In this document: piece by piece, positions 37,436 to 51,117 of the stretch
How positions within the stretch are numbered: position 1 is the first letter of the stretch
How the letters are laid out: each line of letters opens with the position of its first letter
NCBI GenBank assembly: GCA_951406725.2
Contig: OX597838.1
Location: forward strand, 22,816,001-22,880,000
Direction: 5' to 3'
Source: Octopus vulgaris
Lineage: Eukaryota
DNA: 64,000 nt
Translations under genes and position numbers: made by a program
The notes under the pieces: model-generated
The model's input: the letters and a program-made list of their open reading frames with translations, nothing else
Database searches by the model: none
What the model was told of the DNA's origin: nothing

Positions 37436-38206
37436 ATGGATTCTGTGTCGTGTCGTGAAATTATATCTAGACTGAGCTGGGCCATATCGAACGAAAAACA
37501 CCCGTTCGATTCTTCGCATTGCTCCTCAGCCCTGCACCAGGCTCTGTTGAAGCTGAGGACGTCGTTCTCTCGCAACAAGGAGGCTAGGAATAAACTGATC
37601 GAACTTAACATTGTGCCCAAGTTGTTCAGCCTGTTGAAGAAACCTCAGAGATACTTCAACGAAGAACCGGTACCAGAAAGAGGAAAACAGCAGCATCGCA
37701 ATGGAGAAGGACATCAACAGCAACATGAAGAAGCAGCGACCGAAAAAGGGGATGGGATATCGGCCACTGAGACGAAAGATCATTTGAGTTGTTCGAAAGA
37801 AATTGGAGGACACGACATCAAGAACAAGATGCCAGGTACTGTTAAGAGACTCGAGGGTTTCGGCCCCGATCCGTCCAGTGACCAGGGCAGCAGAGTTCCA
37901 TCATCCAGTACCAATAATACGGAGATTCTCACATCGGCAGCTACACCGACTCCAACAGCAACAACATCAAGGACGACAGCAATAACATCGTCATCATCGC
38001 CGTCGGCGGCGTCATTGTCAACTGTTGATGATGGCTGGAACAAGTCTGCAAACCGATGGCAAGATGATGGTGCTGCTGTTGCTGGTTCTGGTTCCACCGT
38101 CGTCTCCCAGCGTTGCTCGAACGACGGCCAAAAAGCGAACGACATTACAGACCTTCTGCTCAGCGTCCTCGGTAACTTTTGCGTGGAACCGACCGTCAGG
38201 AAACAG
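37436..38206 (+). CDS. ARMC5: Armadillo repeat-containing protein 5, exon 1
   Basis: ATG37436, ...DLLLSVLGNFCVEPTVRKQ|GTGAGA; 771 nt; ARM motif LSVLGNFC. Confidence 0.85.
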
Positions 38207-38214
38207 GTGAGAAA

Positions 38215-38250
<36 letters not shown>

Positions 38251-38463
38251 CACTACTATTACCACTACTACTACTACCACTTCGCTTCGCTTCACGCTTC
38301 ATGTTCTTGATGGGAGTGGGGTCATCTCAGGTTAGTGGGGCCCAGAGATGTCATCATGACTACTACCTATTACTTTGATGATGATAATAATAATAATAAT
38401 TCTATTATAGGCACAAGGCCTGAAATTTTTTGGGGGGAGGGGGCTAGTTCATTACATCGGCCC

Positions 38464-38718
38464 GGTACTACTTAAGAAGAGTGGTCCCGGTGCGCGCACT
38501 CGCGTACTTGCGCATCCGCGCTAGCTAGTCGTGACTAGTCGATCCTTACTTTGTGTTTTTGTTTTATTTACTTTGTTTTTAAAAAATTATTTACTTTGTG
38601 GAAAAAAAAATTATTTTATGTTTTTACTTTGCTAGGTAGTCGTTGTAGGATCGACTAGTCACGACTAGCTAGCGCTGATGCGCGAGTGCGCGCACCGGGA
38701 CCACTCTAAAGTGGTACC
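38464..38718. mobile_element. Mutator-like MITE with long CpG-rich TIRs and a 9-bp TSD, inserted in a SINE
   Basis: GGTAC..AGAGTGGTCCCGGTGCGCGCACTCGCG..GCTAGCTAGTCGTGACTAGTCGATCCT and its inverse; flanks CATCGGCCC / CATCGACCC. Confidence 0.7.
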
Positions 38719-41334
38719 CATCGACCCACCCCAGTGTTCAACTGGTTCTTATTAATTCCCTCTGACTGTGAAAAGGTGCATGGCTTAATGGCTGGATCGT
38801 GGTTTTGAACCCTGGACCGAGCGGTCGGTGCTGTTGTGGTCTCGAGTGAAAACAGCTTCGTTTCCACATTGCGTCAGTCCACTCGGCTGTTAACGGGTAA
38901 ACCTGTGACGGACGGGGATCCTACTCAGGAAGGAACATTGAGATAACGCTTTAACAGGCCCCTAGAAGTTGTAGGACTCGAGGCAAGTAATCTCCATCGG
39001 GTTCATTTTACTCTACTCCACTTTTTTTGACTTCTGATTTAGTCACTAGCCGATACTATTGATTCCAGTATTTAGCTGGTATTCTACTAAATCGACCCCG
39101 GGGGAATGAAAGGCGAAGTTGACCTCGGCGGGATTTCTGTTCAGAACCTAAATAAGCGGAATAAATACCACCAGGTATTTTGTCCAACTCTCTGGCGATT
39201 GCCAAGAACGATTTTCTTTCATTAACTAAAAGGGTCCGAACGTAAATTTTAAGGAGACAAACAACACCAGGACGAATTTTCTTTTTCTTTATCCTCTACT
39301 TATTTATTATATTGCATAAAAACAAGATAAGGTGTTTTGGAATTGCGGTTCCTAGTCTCATTACCTTAAGGGGCCAAAAAAAAAAAAAAAAAAGAAAAGT
39401 TGGGGTACCGAAGTGAAAAAAGAAATTTTTCAGGATCGCTATTTCCGTTGTATGAAACAACAGAAAAATATAATTGATTAGTCCTCCTTCCTTAAAATCT
39501 CAGGCCTTGTGTCTATAATAGAAAAGATAATAGTTACAATAATTCTTACAAAATTTTGGCTCAAGGCCAGCAATTCTAGTGAGAGTCGGGGTTAGTACTT
39601 GACTGGCGCTTACTTCATCGACCCTGAAATGACGAAGGGCAAAGTTGACGTCGGCGGTATTTGAACTCAGAACGCAAAGTCCCGGAATGAATGCCTCTAA
39701 AACATTTTGTCCGATGCGAAAATGATTCTGATAATAATAATAATAATAATAAGGCAGTGAGCTGGCTCCGCATATTTGGCCAAAAACAAATTCTGCAAAA
39801 AGTCAAAAATGAAGTGTTCAAATTCCGCCGAGGTCGACTTTGCCTTTCATCCTTTCGGGGTCGATAAATTAAGTACCGGTTGCGTACTGAGGTCGATCTA
39901 ATCGATAATGGTTTCACATTTTGGCGCAAGGTGTCAGCAAGTTCAGAGTAAGTCGATTACATCGACTCCACTGCTTGACTGGTACTTATTTTATCGGCCC
40001 CCCGAAGGATGAAAGACAAAGTCGACCTCGGCGGAATTTGAACTCAGAACACGAAGACGGACAAAATGCAGCTGAACGTTTTCTCCGACGTGGAAATTAT
40101 TCTGCCAGACGACAACAACAATAATAATAATAATAATAATACTGATAATTATTATTTCTAATACAACCACAGACATCGATGAAAAAAAATGGTAGGGTAG
40201 AGGCGATTATATCAACCCATCTCCTGCCTAGTATTTGATTGCCACTTTAGCTTATTGACAGTAAACGGATAAAAATATTTAAAAAGATAACGCGCAGATG
40301 ACTTCAGCGGGATTTGAACCCAGAACGTAAAGAGACTTAACTAAAAGTTGCTCATCACTGTCCAACACTCCGTAACATGTATGTATATTAGGGGAAATCT
40401 TAATACGAAAGATTACTTAATAGCTATATTAATAATTATTAATTATTGCAGTGATAAGGGATTTTGGTAATTGTTAGGTCCATAGAAAACTTTGGGAGAG
40501 GGGACACGACCGATGACGTAAGGTTAAGAAATTCCGTATTAATCCCAGTGAGACAGGACAGGGTAGGGCTTTAAACTAAATATCGTCTGAAGTCAATCAA
40601 ATCGGTCCATTAATTGACCGGTATTTATTTTTATCGATTTTTCGCGAAGAACGAAAGGCAAAACTGATTTGTGCGTAATTTGAACCCGGGGTGGAAATTT
40701 TCAATATTTACGATTGTTTTTTTTTTTATTTATTATTATTTTTTTTTACGGAAGCATATTTAGCAACCACAGACATATGTGTGTGTATGTATGTATGTAT
40801 GTGTAACTTCGAGCCTTGCATCGGTTCTCTGTAGATTTTAGAATTACGCAGTGAACCATTAAATTAGTATGACAGGTGCTGAACCGAAAGTTCATAGAAG
40901 GTGATTGAACATAATCTGTTATTCAAATAGTATCGATTAGTATCAATTTCCTTTACTCTCTCTCTCTCTCTACATATGTATAATATGTGAGAGAGAGTGA
41001 GTGCTTGTGCTTAGTGTATATATATACATTCTTTACATCCACCCGTTTTCGGGTATGGAGATTACGAATCAGGAAAAAAATTGACAAAAACCATCATTTC
41101 AAAATATCAATTTCTCCCCCCCCCCCACTCCCCAATTTCACAAATTTCACTTGCTTATAGGAAAAACTAGTTGACGATGAGTCTGTCTGTCATTATTTCA
41201 TATCACCTTTGTCTCTTATACTGTAGTGACAGTCCTGAATGTGACACACACTCCTGAAATAAAATATATTTCGTGCCGAGCAAATATGAAGAGTGATTTG
41301 ATAATTGAAGTTTTCTTCTGTTTGTTCTTTCTAG

Positions 41335-41365
41335 GTTCTCAAATACCAAGGAATCAGAGTTCTCC
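41335..41365 (+). CDS. ARMC5: ARMC5 exon 2, 31-nt micro-exon (VLKYQGIRVL)
   Basis: TTTCTAG/GTAAGT, phase 0/1; required to join the exon 1 and exon 3 frames. Confidence 0.8.
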
Positions 41366-42854
41366 GTAAGTACACACAGGCATTCTTTTATTCTATAATT
41401 CTTTTACTTGTTCCAGTCATTTGACTGCAGCCATGCTGGAGCACTGCCTTTAGTCGAGCAAATCGATCCCATGACTTATTCTTTGTAAGCCTAGTACTTA
41501 TTCTATCAGTCTCTTTTGCTAAACCACTAAGTTTCGGGGACGTAAACACATGAATATCAGTTTTCAGGTGATGGCAGGGGGTCAAACACAGATATACACA
41601 CATACACATAAATATATACATACATGTATACACACACACACACATATGTACGTGTCTGGTCCCCGTGCTGGTGGCACATAAAAAGCACCATCCGATCGTG
41701 GCTGTTTGCCAGCCTCGTCTGGCACCTGTGCAGGTGGCACGTAAAAAGCACCCACTACACTCTCGGAGTGGTTGGCGTTAGGAAGGGCATCCAGCTGCAG
41801 AAACACTGCCAGATCAGTCTGGGCCTGGCGCAGCCTTCTGGCTTCCCAGACCCCAGTTGAACCGTCCAACCCATGCTAGCATGGAAAATGGATATTAAAC
41901 GATGATGATGATGTATACGGTGGGCTGCTTTCAGTTTTTATCTACCTAATCCACTGACAAGGTTTTGGTCAGCCCGAGGCTATAGTAGAAGACACTTGCC
42001 CGAGGTGCCACACAGTGGGACTGAACCCAGAACCATGTGGTTGGGAAGCCAGCTCTTACCACACAGCCAAGCCTGATTTGCTTTTCTCTAATTTCCTTCT
42101 CTCAGTTCTGATGTTCTGCTATTGTTATTGTTGATAAGAATTGTGAGCTGACAGAACCATTAGCACACCAGGCAAAATGCTTAGCAACATTTCACTCCGT
42201 TTTTATGTTCTGAGTTCAAACTCCACTAAGGTTGACTTCGCCTTTCATTCTTTTGGGGGGGTCGATAAAATAAGTACCAGTTGAACACTGGGGTCAATGT
42301 AATCAACTTAGCCCATCCCCCAAACCGTCTGGCCTTGTGCCAAAATTTGAAACCATTATTATTATAAAAAGTACCCACTACACTCATGGAGTGGTTGGCG
42401 TTAGGAAGGGCATCCAGCCGTACAAACATTGCCAGATCAGACTGGGCCTGGTGCAGCCTTCTGGCTTCCCAGACCCCAGTTGCACCATCCAACCCATGCC
42501 AGCATGGAAAGCAGACTCTAAACGATGATGATGATTATTATTATTATTAAGGTAAACTGGCAAGTTTGTTAGCATGCAGGCCAAAATCCAAAATGCTTAG
42601 TGGCATCTCATCTGTCTTTATTTACACACACACACACACACACACTCACACACAGATGGGCTTCCACACAATTTCCATGACAAATTCACTCACAAGCCTA
42701 GAGCTATAGTAGAAGACATTTACCCAAGGTGCCCTAGAGAAGAACTGAACTCAAAACCATGTAATTGCAAAGCAGGCTTCTTTACCACATACCCATTTTT
42801 ATTTTTGCACCCATTCTTAGTTCTGGTATATTCCGTTACCTACTCATATTCAGG

Positions 42855-43202
42855 CTTTGGTGTTGGAGAAGACTTTTACGGATTCCATGGACAGAGAGGC
42901 TCACCAATGGAGAAGTTCTTAAGCAGATAGGGCCGAAAATGTTGCTAGAAGCTAGGATCACCAAGCATAGATTGGCATATTTCGGTCATATTATGCGGAG
43001 AAAATCCCTGGAGAAGGACATCGTGCTTGGAATGGTCAGTGGCAAGAGAGGAAGAGGCCGACCAAGAACCCGCTGGCTTGACACTATCAAGAGTGATACC
43101 AGAATAGACAATGCCAATCTGAAAGAAGTGGCCCAGGATAGAACTGACTGGAGGACACTGATCCAACGAGTGACCGAGAGTCGACTTCGACTGAGCAGAT
43201 AA
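42855..43202 (+). mobile_element. RTE (BovB-like) LINE 3' fragment in ARMC5 intron 2
   Basis: WCWRRLLRIPWT...LAYFGHIMRR..LEKDIVLG.V.GKRGRGRPRTRWLD. Confidence 0.85.
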
Positions 43203-43393
43203 GAAGAAACTCATATTCCAAGCACTGCTGTCTTCATAAAGCTGTGAGGAGCAGAATGGGAGATACAAACTGTAGGTTATTTACAAGGTTATTTACAATT
43301 GTAGGAGCTCAAAGAAGTCGGTACTAAACTCCTTCCTTTCTTCCCTCCTTGATAAACTCTCATCATGTTTTGCTTCTTTTCTTTTTCTTCCAG

Positions 43394-43580
43394 AAAGCAT
43401 TCTTTTGGAGAGTAACAAAGAGAGTATCCAACGTCGTTGTTGCCGAACTCTGGCCAACCTTGCCATGGATTGTGCGTGTCGTAGGATCATCCACAAGACG
43501 GACATCACACAGCGTATCGTTCAACTGCTCGAGTACACCAATGACTCTGAATGCCAACTAACATACTGTCATACACTCAG
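43394..43580 (+). CDS. ARMC5: ARMC5 exon 3 (SILLESNKESIQRRCCRTLANLAMD...CHTLR)
   Basis: TTCCAG/GTAAAA, 187 nt, phase 1/2; matches recalled ARMC5 SIQNRTARALGNLAM. Confidence 0.9.
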
Positions 43581-45651
43581 GTAAAATATATGTATATGTG
43601 TGTGTGTGTGTTAAGAGCCCCTTCGGTCATGACTGACCGTGGGGTTGCACCTAGAAAGTTACCCTCCCAGGCACAAGTCCGGGCAAAATTGTTTATGGAA
43701 GACCAGCAGTCGCCCATGCATACCAGCCACCAAATGTTATCCAAGGGAAAGGCAAAGGGGCCGATACAGCTTGGCACCTGTGACGTCGCAACTCATTTCT
43801 ACAGCTGAGTGAACTGGAGCAACGTGAAATAAAGTGTCTTGCTCAAGAACACAACACAGCCCGGTCCGGGATTCGAACTCACAACCTCATGATCGTAAAC
43901 CTGATGCTCTAACCACTGAGCCATGCGCCTTCACTGTGTGTGTGTGTGTATATATATATACACACACACACACATGTGCATGTATATATATATATAATTA
44001 TATATATGTAAGTACTGTCTTGGGTCTTAGGACTCATAGGGTCAGTTGTCCAGTTTCTATGGCCATATAAGTGACCAAAATCACAATGTTCCCACTGAAC
44101 AGGATGCCAGTCCACTGTGGGGTGATTTATTTGACAGCTGAGTGGACTGGGGCAAATTGAAACAAAGTGTTTTACTCAAAAACACAGCATACCACCTAGT
44201 CTGAGAATTGAACCTATGGTCTTGCCATTGTGAGTTCAATGACCTAACCACTAAGCCACATGCCTTCACTGTGTGTGTGTGGAGTTTGCTTCCTGACCAC
44301 ATGTATCTGGGTTCAGTCCCACTGTGTGGTATGTTGGGCAAGTGTCTTCTACTATAGCCCTGAGCCAACCAAAGCCCTGTGCATGGATCTAGTTGAAGGA
44401 AACAAAAAGAAGTGCTTGTGTGTGTTTGTGTTTTTTCCCCATCATCTTTTGACAACTGATGTTGGTTTGTTTATGTCCCCCGTAACTTAGCAATTTGGCA
44501 GAAAGACACCTATAGAATTACTACCAGACTTTAAAAAAGAAAGTACTGGGATCAATTTGTTCTAAACCCCTTCTTCAAGGCAGTGCTGAAGCATGGCCGC
44601 AGTCCAGTGACTGAAATGGTATATGCCGGCTGTGTGAGCAACTGGTTGTTTTAATGGCGGAACAAACAGGGGAATTCCATTAGAAAAAGTTTTAATTGAT
44701 TTTCTTGGTAACTATGGGGGCTAGGAAAAAAATACAAACTGCATTCCAATCTATGCGCCCATCTTCACATGTGTGCCATTTTTCATGCGAATCCACCCAG
44801 CAGTTTGGCTGTGAACCTCAAGACAAGAAAGAATACAACAATCGCCCATGTCCAATTTATATTATAGATAAGGTGAACTGGCAGAAACATTAGCAAGCCG
44901 GGCGAAATACTTAGCGGTATTTCGTCTCTCTTTATGTTCTGAGTTCAAATTCCACCGACGTCAACTTTGCCTTCCATCCTTACAGGATTGATAAATTAAG
45001 TACCAGTTGCATACTGGGATTGATCTAATCGACTGACCCCTTCCCCCGGCCGTTGCCAGCCTCGCCTGGCATCCGTGCCAGTGGCACGTAAAAAGCACCA
45101 TCCGATCGTGGCCATTTGCTAGCCTCGTCTGGCACCTGTGCTGGTGGCACATAAAAAGCACCCACTACACTCTCGGAGTGGTTGGCGTTAGGAAGGGCAT
45201 CCAGCCGTAGAAACATTGCCATATCAGATTGGGCTTGGTGCAGCCTTCTGGCTTCCCAGACCCCAGTTGAACCATCCAACCCATGCTAGCATGGAAAGCG
45301 GACGCTAAACGATGATGATGATTATATACATATATATATATATGTAGGTATGTATACACACACACATACATAATTAACATCTATACATTCGCACTCACAC
45401 ACTATACATTCATACATAAACACACACACAAACATATATGAAAGCACCCACTAAACTCTTGGAGTGGTTGGCATTAGGAAGGGCATCCAGCTGTAGAAAC
45501 ATTGCCAGATCAGATTGGAGCCTGGTGCAGCCATCTAGTTCTCCAGTCCTCAGTCAAACCGTCCAACCCATGCCAGCATCGAAAGCAGATGTTAAACAAT
45601 GATGATTTGCATGTTTATATTAATATTTGTCCTTTGTTTTTCAACATTCAG

Positions 45652-45792
45652 GTTATTTGGTGATTCCACCCAGCTGAACAAAACCATTATCAACTACAAT
45701 GGTATAGCTGTTCTGTCTCGTCTCTCTAAGTTTGCTCCTCACATGGTCAAGTCTGCTGCTGTTAAGACAATGGCTGACTTAGGACGAACCAA
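45652..45792 (+). CDS. ARMC5: ARMC5 exon 4 (LFGDSTQLNKTII...DLGRT)
   Basis: ATTCAG/GTAAGT, 141 nt, phase 2/2. Confidence 0.85.
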
Positions 45793-46770
45793 GTAAGTAT
45801 TCCCTTTTTCCTTTCTTTTTCTTTTTTACACTGGAATTTACGTAAAATATTGGTTTCAAATATTTATTTCTTTATTGCCCACATAGAGGGAACAAACAAG
45901 GACAGACAAAGTGATTAAGTCGATTACATCACCCCCCAGTGTGTAACTGGTACTAATTTAATTGACCCTCAAAGGATGAAAGGCAAAGTCTACATCGGCA
46001 GAATTTGAACTCAGAACGTAACGGCAAGTAAAATACAGCTAAGCATCTTGCCCTGCATACTCTCTCTCGCTTTTACTTGTCTCAGTCATTTGACTGCGGC
46101 CATGCTGGAGCACCGCTTTTAGTCAAGCAAATTGACCCCAGGACTTATTCTTTGTAAGCCTAGTACTTATTCTATCGGTCTCTTTTGCTGAAGCGCTAAG
46201 TTACAGGGACATAAACACACCACCATCGGTTGTCAAGCTATGTTGGGGGGACAAACACAGACCCACAAACAGACACACACACATATATATACATATATAC
46301 GACGAGCTTCTTTCAGTTTCCGTCTACCAGGTAAAAGAACAACAGACTGGGTGTGTTAGGTTTATGGTCAAGAAAAATAGAAGTCTTTAATGTTTCGAGC
46401 ATATGCTCTTCTGCAGAAATGATAAATGAAGAGAGAAAAAATAAAATGTATTTGAATATAACAGTCAAGGCATGTTGAAATATATATTTACACACATACT
46501 ACAAACAATGGACATCCTACAGTTTTTTGTCTACCAATTTTACTCGTAAGGTATCAATCATCTACGCACAGTCCCATACTGTTGAAATGAACTCAGAACC
46601 ACATGAAAACATTTTTTTGTCTTTTGTTTCAACTCAGAGAGTTTTGCCTGAAATAAAACCCCTGAAATTACACACATTTTTTTTATGTAAAAATTCTAAA
46701 CAAATTTGGAAAAAAACTAAGCCCTCGATTTTAAATATTTTTCTTTGTTTTCTATTTTTTCTATTTCTAG

Positions 46771-49071
46771 TTGTTCGGTAGAATTTGCCCAACAAGTGTT
46801 AACTGCAGACGGCCTTAGTACACTGGTGGAAATCTCCAACCAAGGTGGCACTCTGTCGCAAAATGCCCTTCGAGTGCTCATCTACCTGAGTCGACACAAC
46901 TTCATACGTCCGCCTCTCGGTAGCTCGGGTGGAATCCAGACAATGAAGAACAAGTTTGACGACGAAGTGTCGACTGTACGTAAAATTGAAATACTCAATG
47001 CACTGTGTTTGTTTTGCAACGAGGCCGTGAACCGAGTGAAACTACGCCAAAGTGATGTGTTGATGCTGTTCATCGAAGCCCTCAAAGATCTGATTTACAG
47101 TACCCTTCACAACCGCATAATCAGTGCCCTCGTGAACTTCCTCTACGATGAAGTGAGCTTTGATATGCTTTTGGAGAGGGGGCTTGTCCCTGTTTTATTT
47201 ATTCATCTTCAGCGTTGTGCTGGTTTCTCGTTTAACTTGCCGAAAACGGAGCCGTTTGTGAAGTCCCTCATTGAAAACATTGTGAGTTATCCAACAAAAA
47301 AGCATACAAAATTCTCTGACGGAAGCGAGGAGGAAGGTAAAAATTCCCCCTCCTCAAAAAAATATTCTAAGCTCAGTGAGAACAGCAACAGTGACGCCAG
47401 ACTCAAAGACAGTTCAGTTTTGCCAGAAGTCTCTCCTAAAAAATTAAAACCTGGCTTTAAAGGTTCACCACCGACAGAGCAAAACAGAAGTGATAAACTT
47501 TCCGTAAAAGAAAATGAGAAAGATGCTGGAGCAAAATGTGTGTCAACAAAGCTATCAAATACTACAAAAGACGCAGATGCTGATCTCAGCTGCTCAGATT
47601 CCTTAACGAACGTTTCAAAAGATAATTGTAAATCTTCTCCTGTAAATGTTAATTTAGAAATGAAATTTATGGAAACTGAACCAGTGGCAAGTGACGATAA
47701 GATACATTCCTCAAACAGTTGTAAAAGACCATTGTCAGAAGTGGACAGTTACCATTCTTCTGAAGCAGCAGTGGAATCTGAAAGTCCCCAAATGAAGTTT
47801 TCAAAGCAAGAAGCATCAGGGACAAAAGACCTTCCAAACAGACATAGATCAGAATCTTTAACTTTACCCTTAAGTGGAGAAGATGATGACGATTGTGATG
47901 ATAGTGGTGTTGGTTGTGATGATGACTGTGGTAAGGATAATGTTGTCGATGACGACAATCGTGATGATGATGATAAGGATAAGATTGGTGCTGATGAGGA
48001 TATTGAAGGAAATATTTGCCATCAGGTTTCGGCACCATCTGAGGAGGGCAAAAAGAAACAGCAAGAACAGACTCCACAACGCTATGTATTTCGCATCGAC
48101 AGCCCCACCTACCAAACCGATGTAAAGTGGAGCGCTGACAATTTCACCGACGGCCAGACTTGTAAGCAGGATTTTGGCAATGAAGTGTCAAATGGGTCTT
48201 CAGCGCTTAGTCCCTTCAGTAACTCCTCTTACCACTCCCCAGACTGGAGCCCAGATTACAGCTCTCAGTTACGAGATGATTTCAGTTCTGAAGACAGTGA
48301 TGATGATAGATCTCAAGATGACCTGCAGGATCCAGTTGCCATGGTTACTTCAAAAACAGTCTCGGCTACTGGTGACAGCATCGGAAAGGAACAATCAAGT
48401 TCTGTAGCATCGGCAGCAGCCGACACACCTAAAGGATGGAGAAAAACCAGAAAGAAACCATCACATTCTCCTGTAAAAGATTTATCCTCCAACAGTGTGG
48501 AAAATGAGGAATTCACGAAAAACCTTTATAAAAAACGGGAGAAAATGATGCTGAGTGATTGCCATGTGGCACTTCGCACCACAGAGAACAACATTTTGGT
48601 GTTGCTTTCTCGAGTGTCTCAGAAAGAAAATCCATCCAAATTTTTAGCCACTGTAGAAAGCTTCTGGTGTTTGCTGCACTATATCGGAAAAGTTCCTTTT
48701 GCTTATCCCCGTAGCATCCGAATTCTCAGCAGGGTTGTGCGTAATCCTTTCTGCTTCGAGTCCCTCATTACGTTCATGGCTCCAGCAATGATATTTCTGG
48801 AACTGATGACTTCATGGGACCAAAGAAAGGACAGCCAAAGTAAGTTGTTCTGGACACCCTCCAGGGGCACCATGCTAAATTTCAATAGTGCGTTTGCTGT
48901 CGACTCTTACATCAAAGACTTGGACGATCTCTTTAAAGCTGGTCAACTTATTCTAAATGATTTCAGCCAAGTGGCTGAAATCCACTTTGGTAACTCTCTG
49001 CTGGCACAGCACTTGACAAAAAAGACCCCGCAACAGGATTCTGTGGTTGCATGTCTACCATTCTTGTGTAG
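46771..49071 (+). CDS. ARMC5: ARMC5 exon 5 (ARM repeats plus a long acidic/Ser-rich insertion)
   Basis: TTCTAG/GTAAGT, 2301 nt, phase 2/2; LNALCLFCNEAVNR, HNRIISALVNFLYD, LSRVVRNPFCFE motifs. Confidence 0.93.
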
Positions 49072-50306
49072 GTAAGTAACTGCTGCTTTTCCATACTCTC
49101 TTTTACTTGTTTCAGTCATATGACTGTGGCCATGCTGGAGCACCGCCTTTATAAAAAATATATATATCTGTGCACAGAATTATTCTTTCCTTGTGTGTGT
49201 GTGTGTGTCTGTGTGTATGCCACTCCCAAAAAGCGGAAGGAATCCAGGGTAGAGGAAGACCCAGGAAGATATGGGATGAGGTGGTGAAGCATGACCTATC
49301 TCCAGTGCCAAGACCACCAAATTCTGCGATTTTGACCTTCCTTATTAGACTCACTATTTTTATTTTTCTTCAGTTACAATGGGGTGGTGAAAAGTTCCTG
49401 GCTTTGGGTAAAAGAAATTACAGGAGGATCAGTTAATTATGATTTTATTCAACATCTTCCCCTCTCAGATTCACACACCTCTTGCAGTGGTCCTTCAGTT
49501 TTTCTAAGCCTTGTAAAAGAACTCTGAAGGTTGGGCCTCCAACCAGGCCTTTTGCAATAACCTTTAAACCAGGAACTTTTCAGCACCCCTCATACTTAAT
49601 ATGTACACAAGGGGGTCCTGGAAAGTTCTTGGCTTTGGGTAAAAGAAATACTCAAGGATCTCTTGTTTCAGTCATTTGACTGTGTCCATGCTGGAGCACC
49701 GCCTTTAGTCGAGCAAATCGACCCCAGGACTTATTCTTTGTTAGCCTAGTACTTACTCTATTGGTCTCTTTTGCCGAACTGCTAAGTTACGGGGATGTAA
49801 ACACACCAGCATCAGTTGTCAAGCAATGTTGGGGGGACAAACACAGACACACAAATATACATATATATACACTTATAAACGACAGGCTTCTTTCAGTTTC
49901 CGTCTACCAAATCCACTCACAAAGTTTTGGTCGGCCCGAGGCTATAGTAGAAGACGCTTGCCCAAGGTGCCACGCAGTGGGACTGAACCCGGAACCATGT
50001 GGTTGGTAAGCAAGCTACTTACCACACAGCCGCTCTGTTTTTATTCAACATATACCTCTCAGATTCGCACACTCATTGCAGTGGTCCTTCAGTTTTTCTA
50101 AGCCCTGATGAAAGAACTCAGAAGGTTGGACCTCCACCCAGGCCTTTTGCAATACCCTCAAAGCCAAGAATTGTTCTGCACCCCCTTGTAGAAACAATGT
50201 GTGGCTCATAAGTAAGGCATTTTATTTTATTTGTTTAATCAAAGAACAGTTCTCTTTTTTTTTTTTAATTGTTTTATATATTTATTATTTATTTGTCTCT
50301 TTTTAG

Positions 50307-51117
50307 GTGCCGAAATGTTCAAGAGAAACTCTTAGTAAAATTCCGTGGTTTTGATCTGCTGCTGAACATCATTAAAAATGAACCGGAAAGCTACTTGTCC
50401 AAGGTTGTTATCTTGGGCCTAAATTACTTGTCGCGTCACCTCAATGTGACGACGTCTTTACAGAACGTCGACAGACAACAGGTGTATCCAAAACAGACTC
50501 TGCCCGGAAACAACTCCTCGGACACCCAAGACTGCTGTTTGAGTAACACAAAGAGAAACACGGCATTTGTAACGGACAATGGTAAAAAAATCCTCGTGAA
50601 TCAGGAAGCTGTGACGAGTCGATCGGAAGTGTTCAGCGCTATGCTTCTCAGTGATTTTGTTGAGGCCGAAACACATGAGGTAAAGATCGGTTACACAACC
50701 CCACAAGCTCTAGAGGTCATCGTCCACTATCTACACGGTTGCAGCTTGAAGTGTTTTACCATCCAACAGCTTCACTGGCCGAAAACTAAACTAACTAAGA
50801 ATGACTTGCTCAACATAATGGGCCTGACTGACCGTTACATGCTGGACAATCTGCGGAAATATCTTGCCTGTGTTATTTTTCAGTGTTACCTTGACGAAAA
50901 GACAGCCGATGCATTTTACAATGCAGCTGTATTGCACAGCTACAATGATCTCAGCAGGGATTGCATAAAATATTGCTTGGGTCAAGTATGCCTGGGCAAG
51001 AGGTCAATAGACTGCCTTTTGCGCTTTCTTAACGGACCAAACCATGAAGTGTTCCTTTCTTCGGTGAAAGAGATGTTCATAAAGCATATCGTCAGTGAGA
51101 ATGCGGCGCCAAAATAA
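50307..51117 (+). CDS. ARMC5: ARMC5 exon 6 (BTB/POZ domain, stop)
   Basis: TTTTAG acceptor, phase 2; SEVFSAMLLSDFVEA...HYLHGC BTB motif; TAA ending at 51117. Confidence 0.93.
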
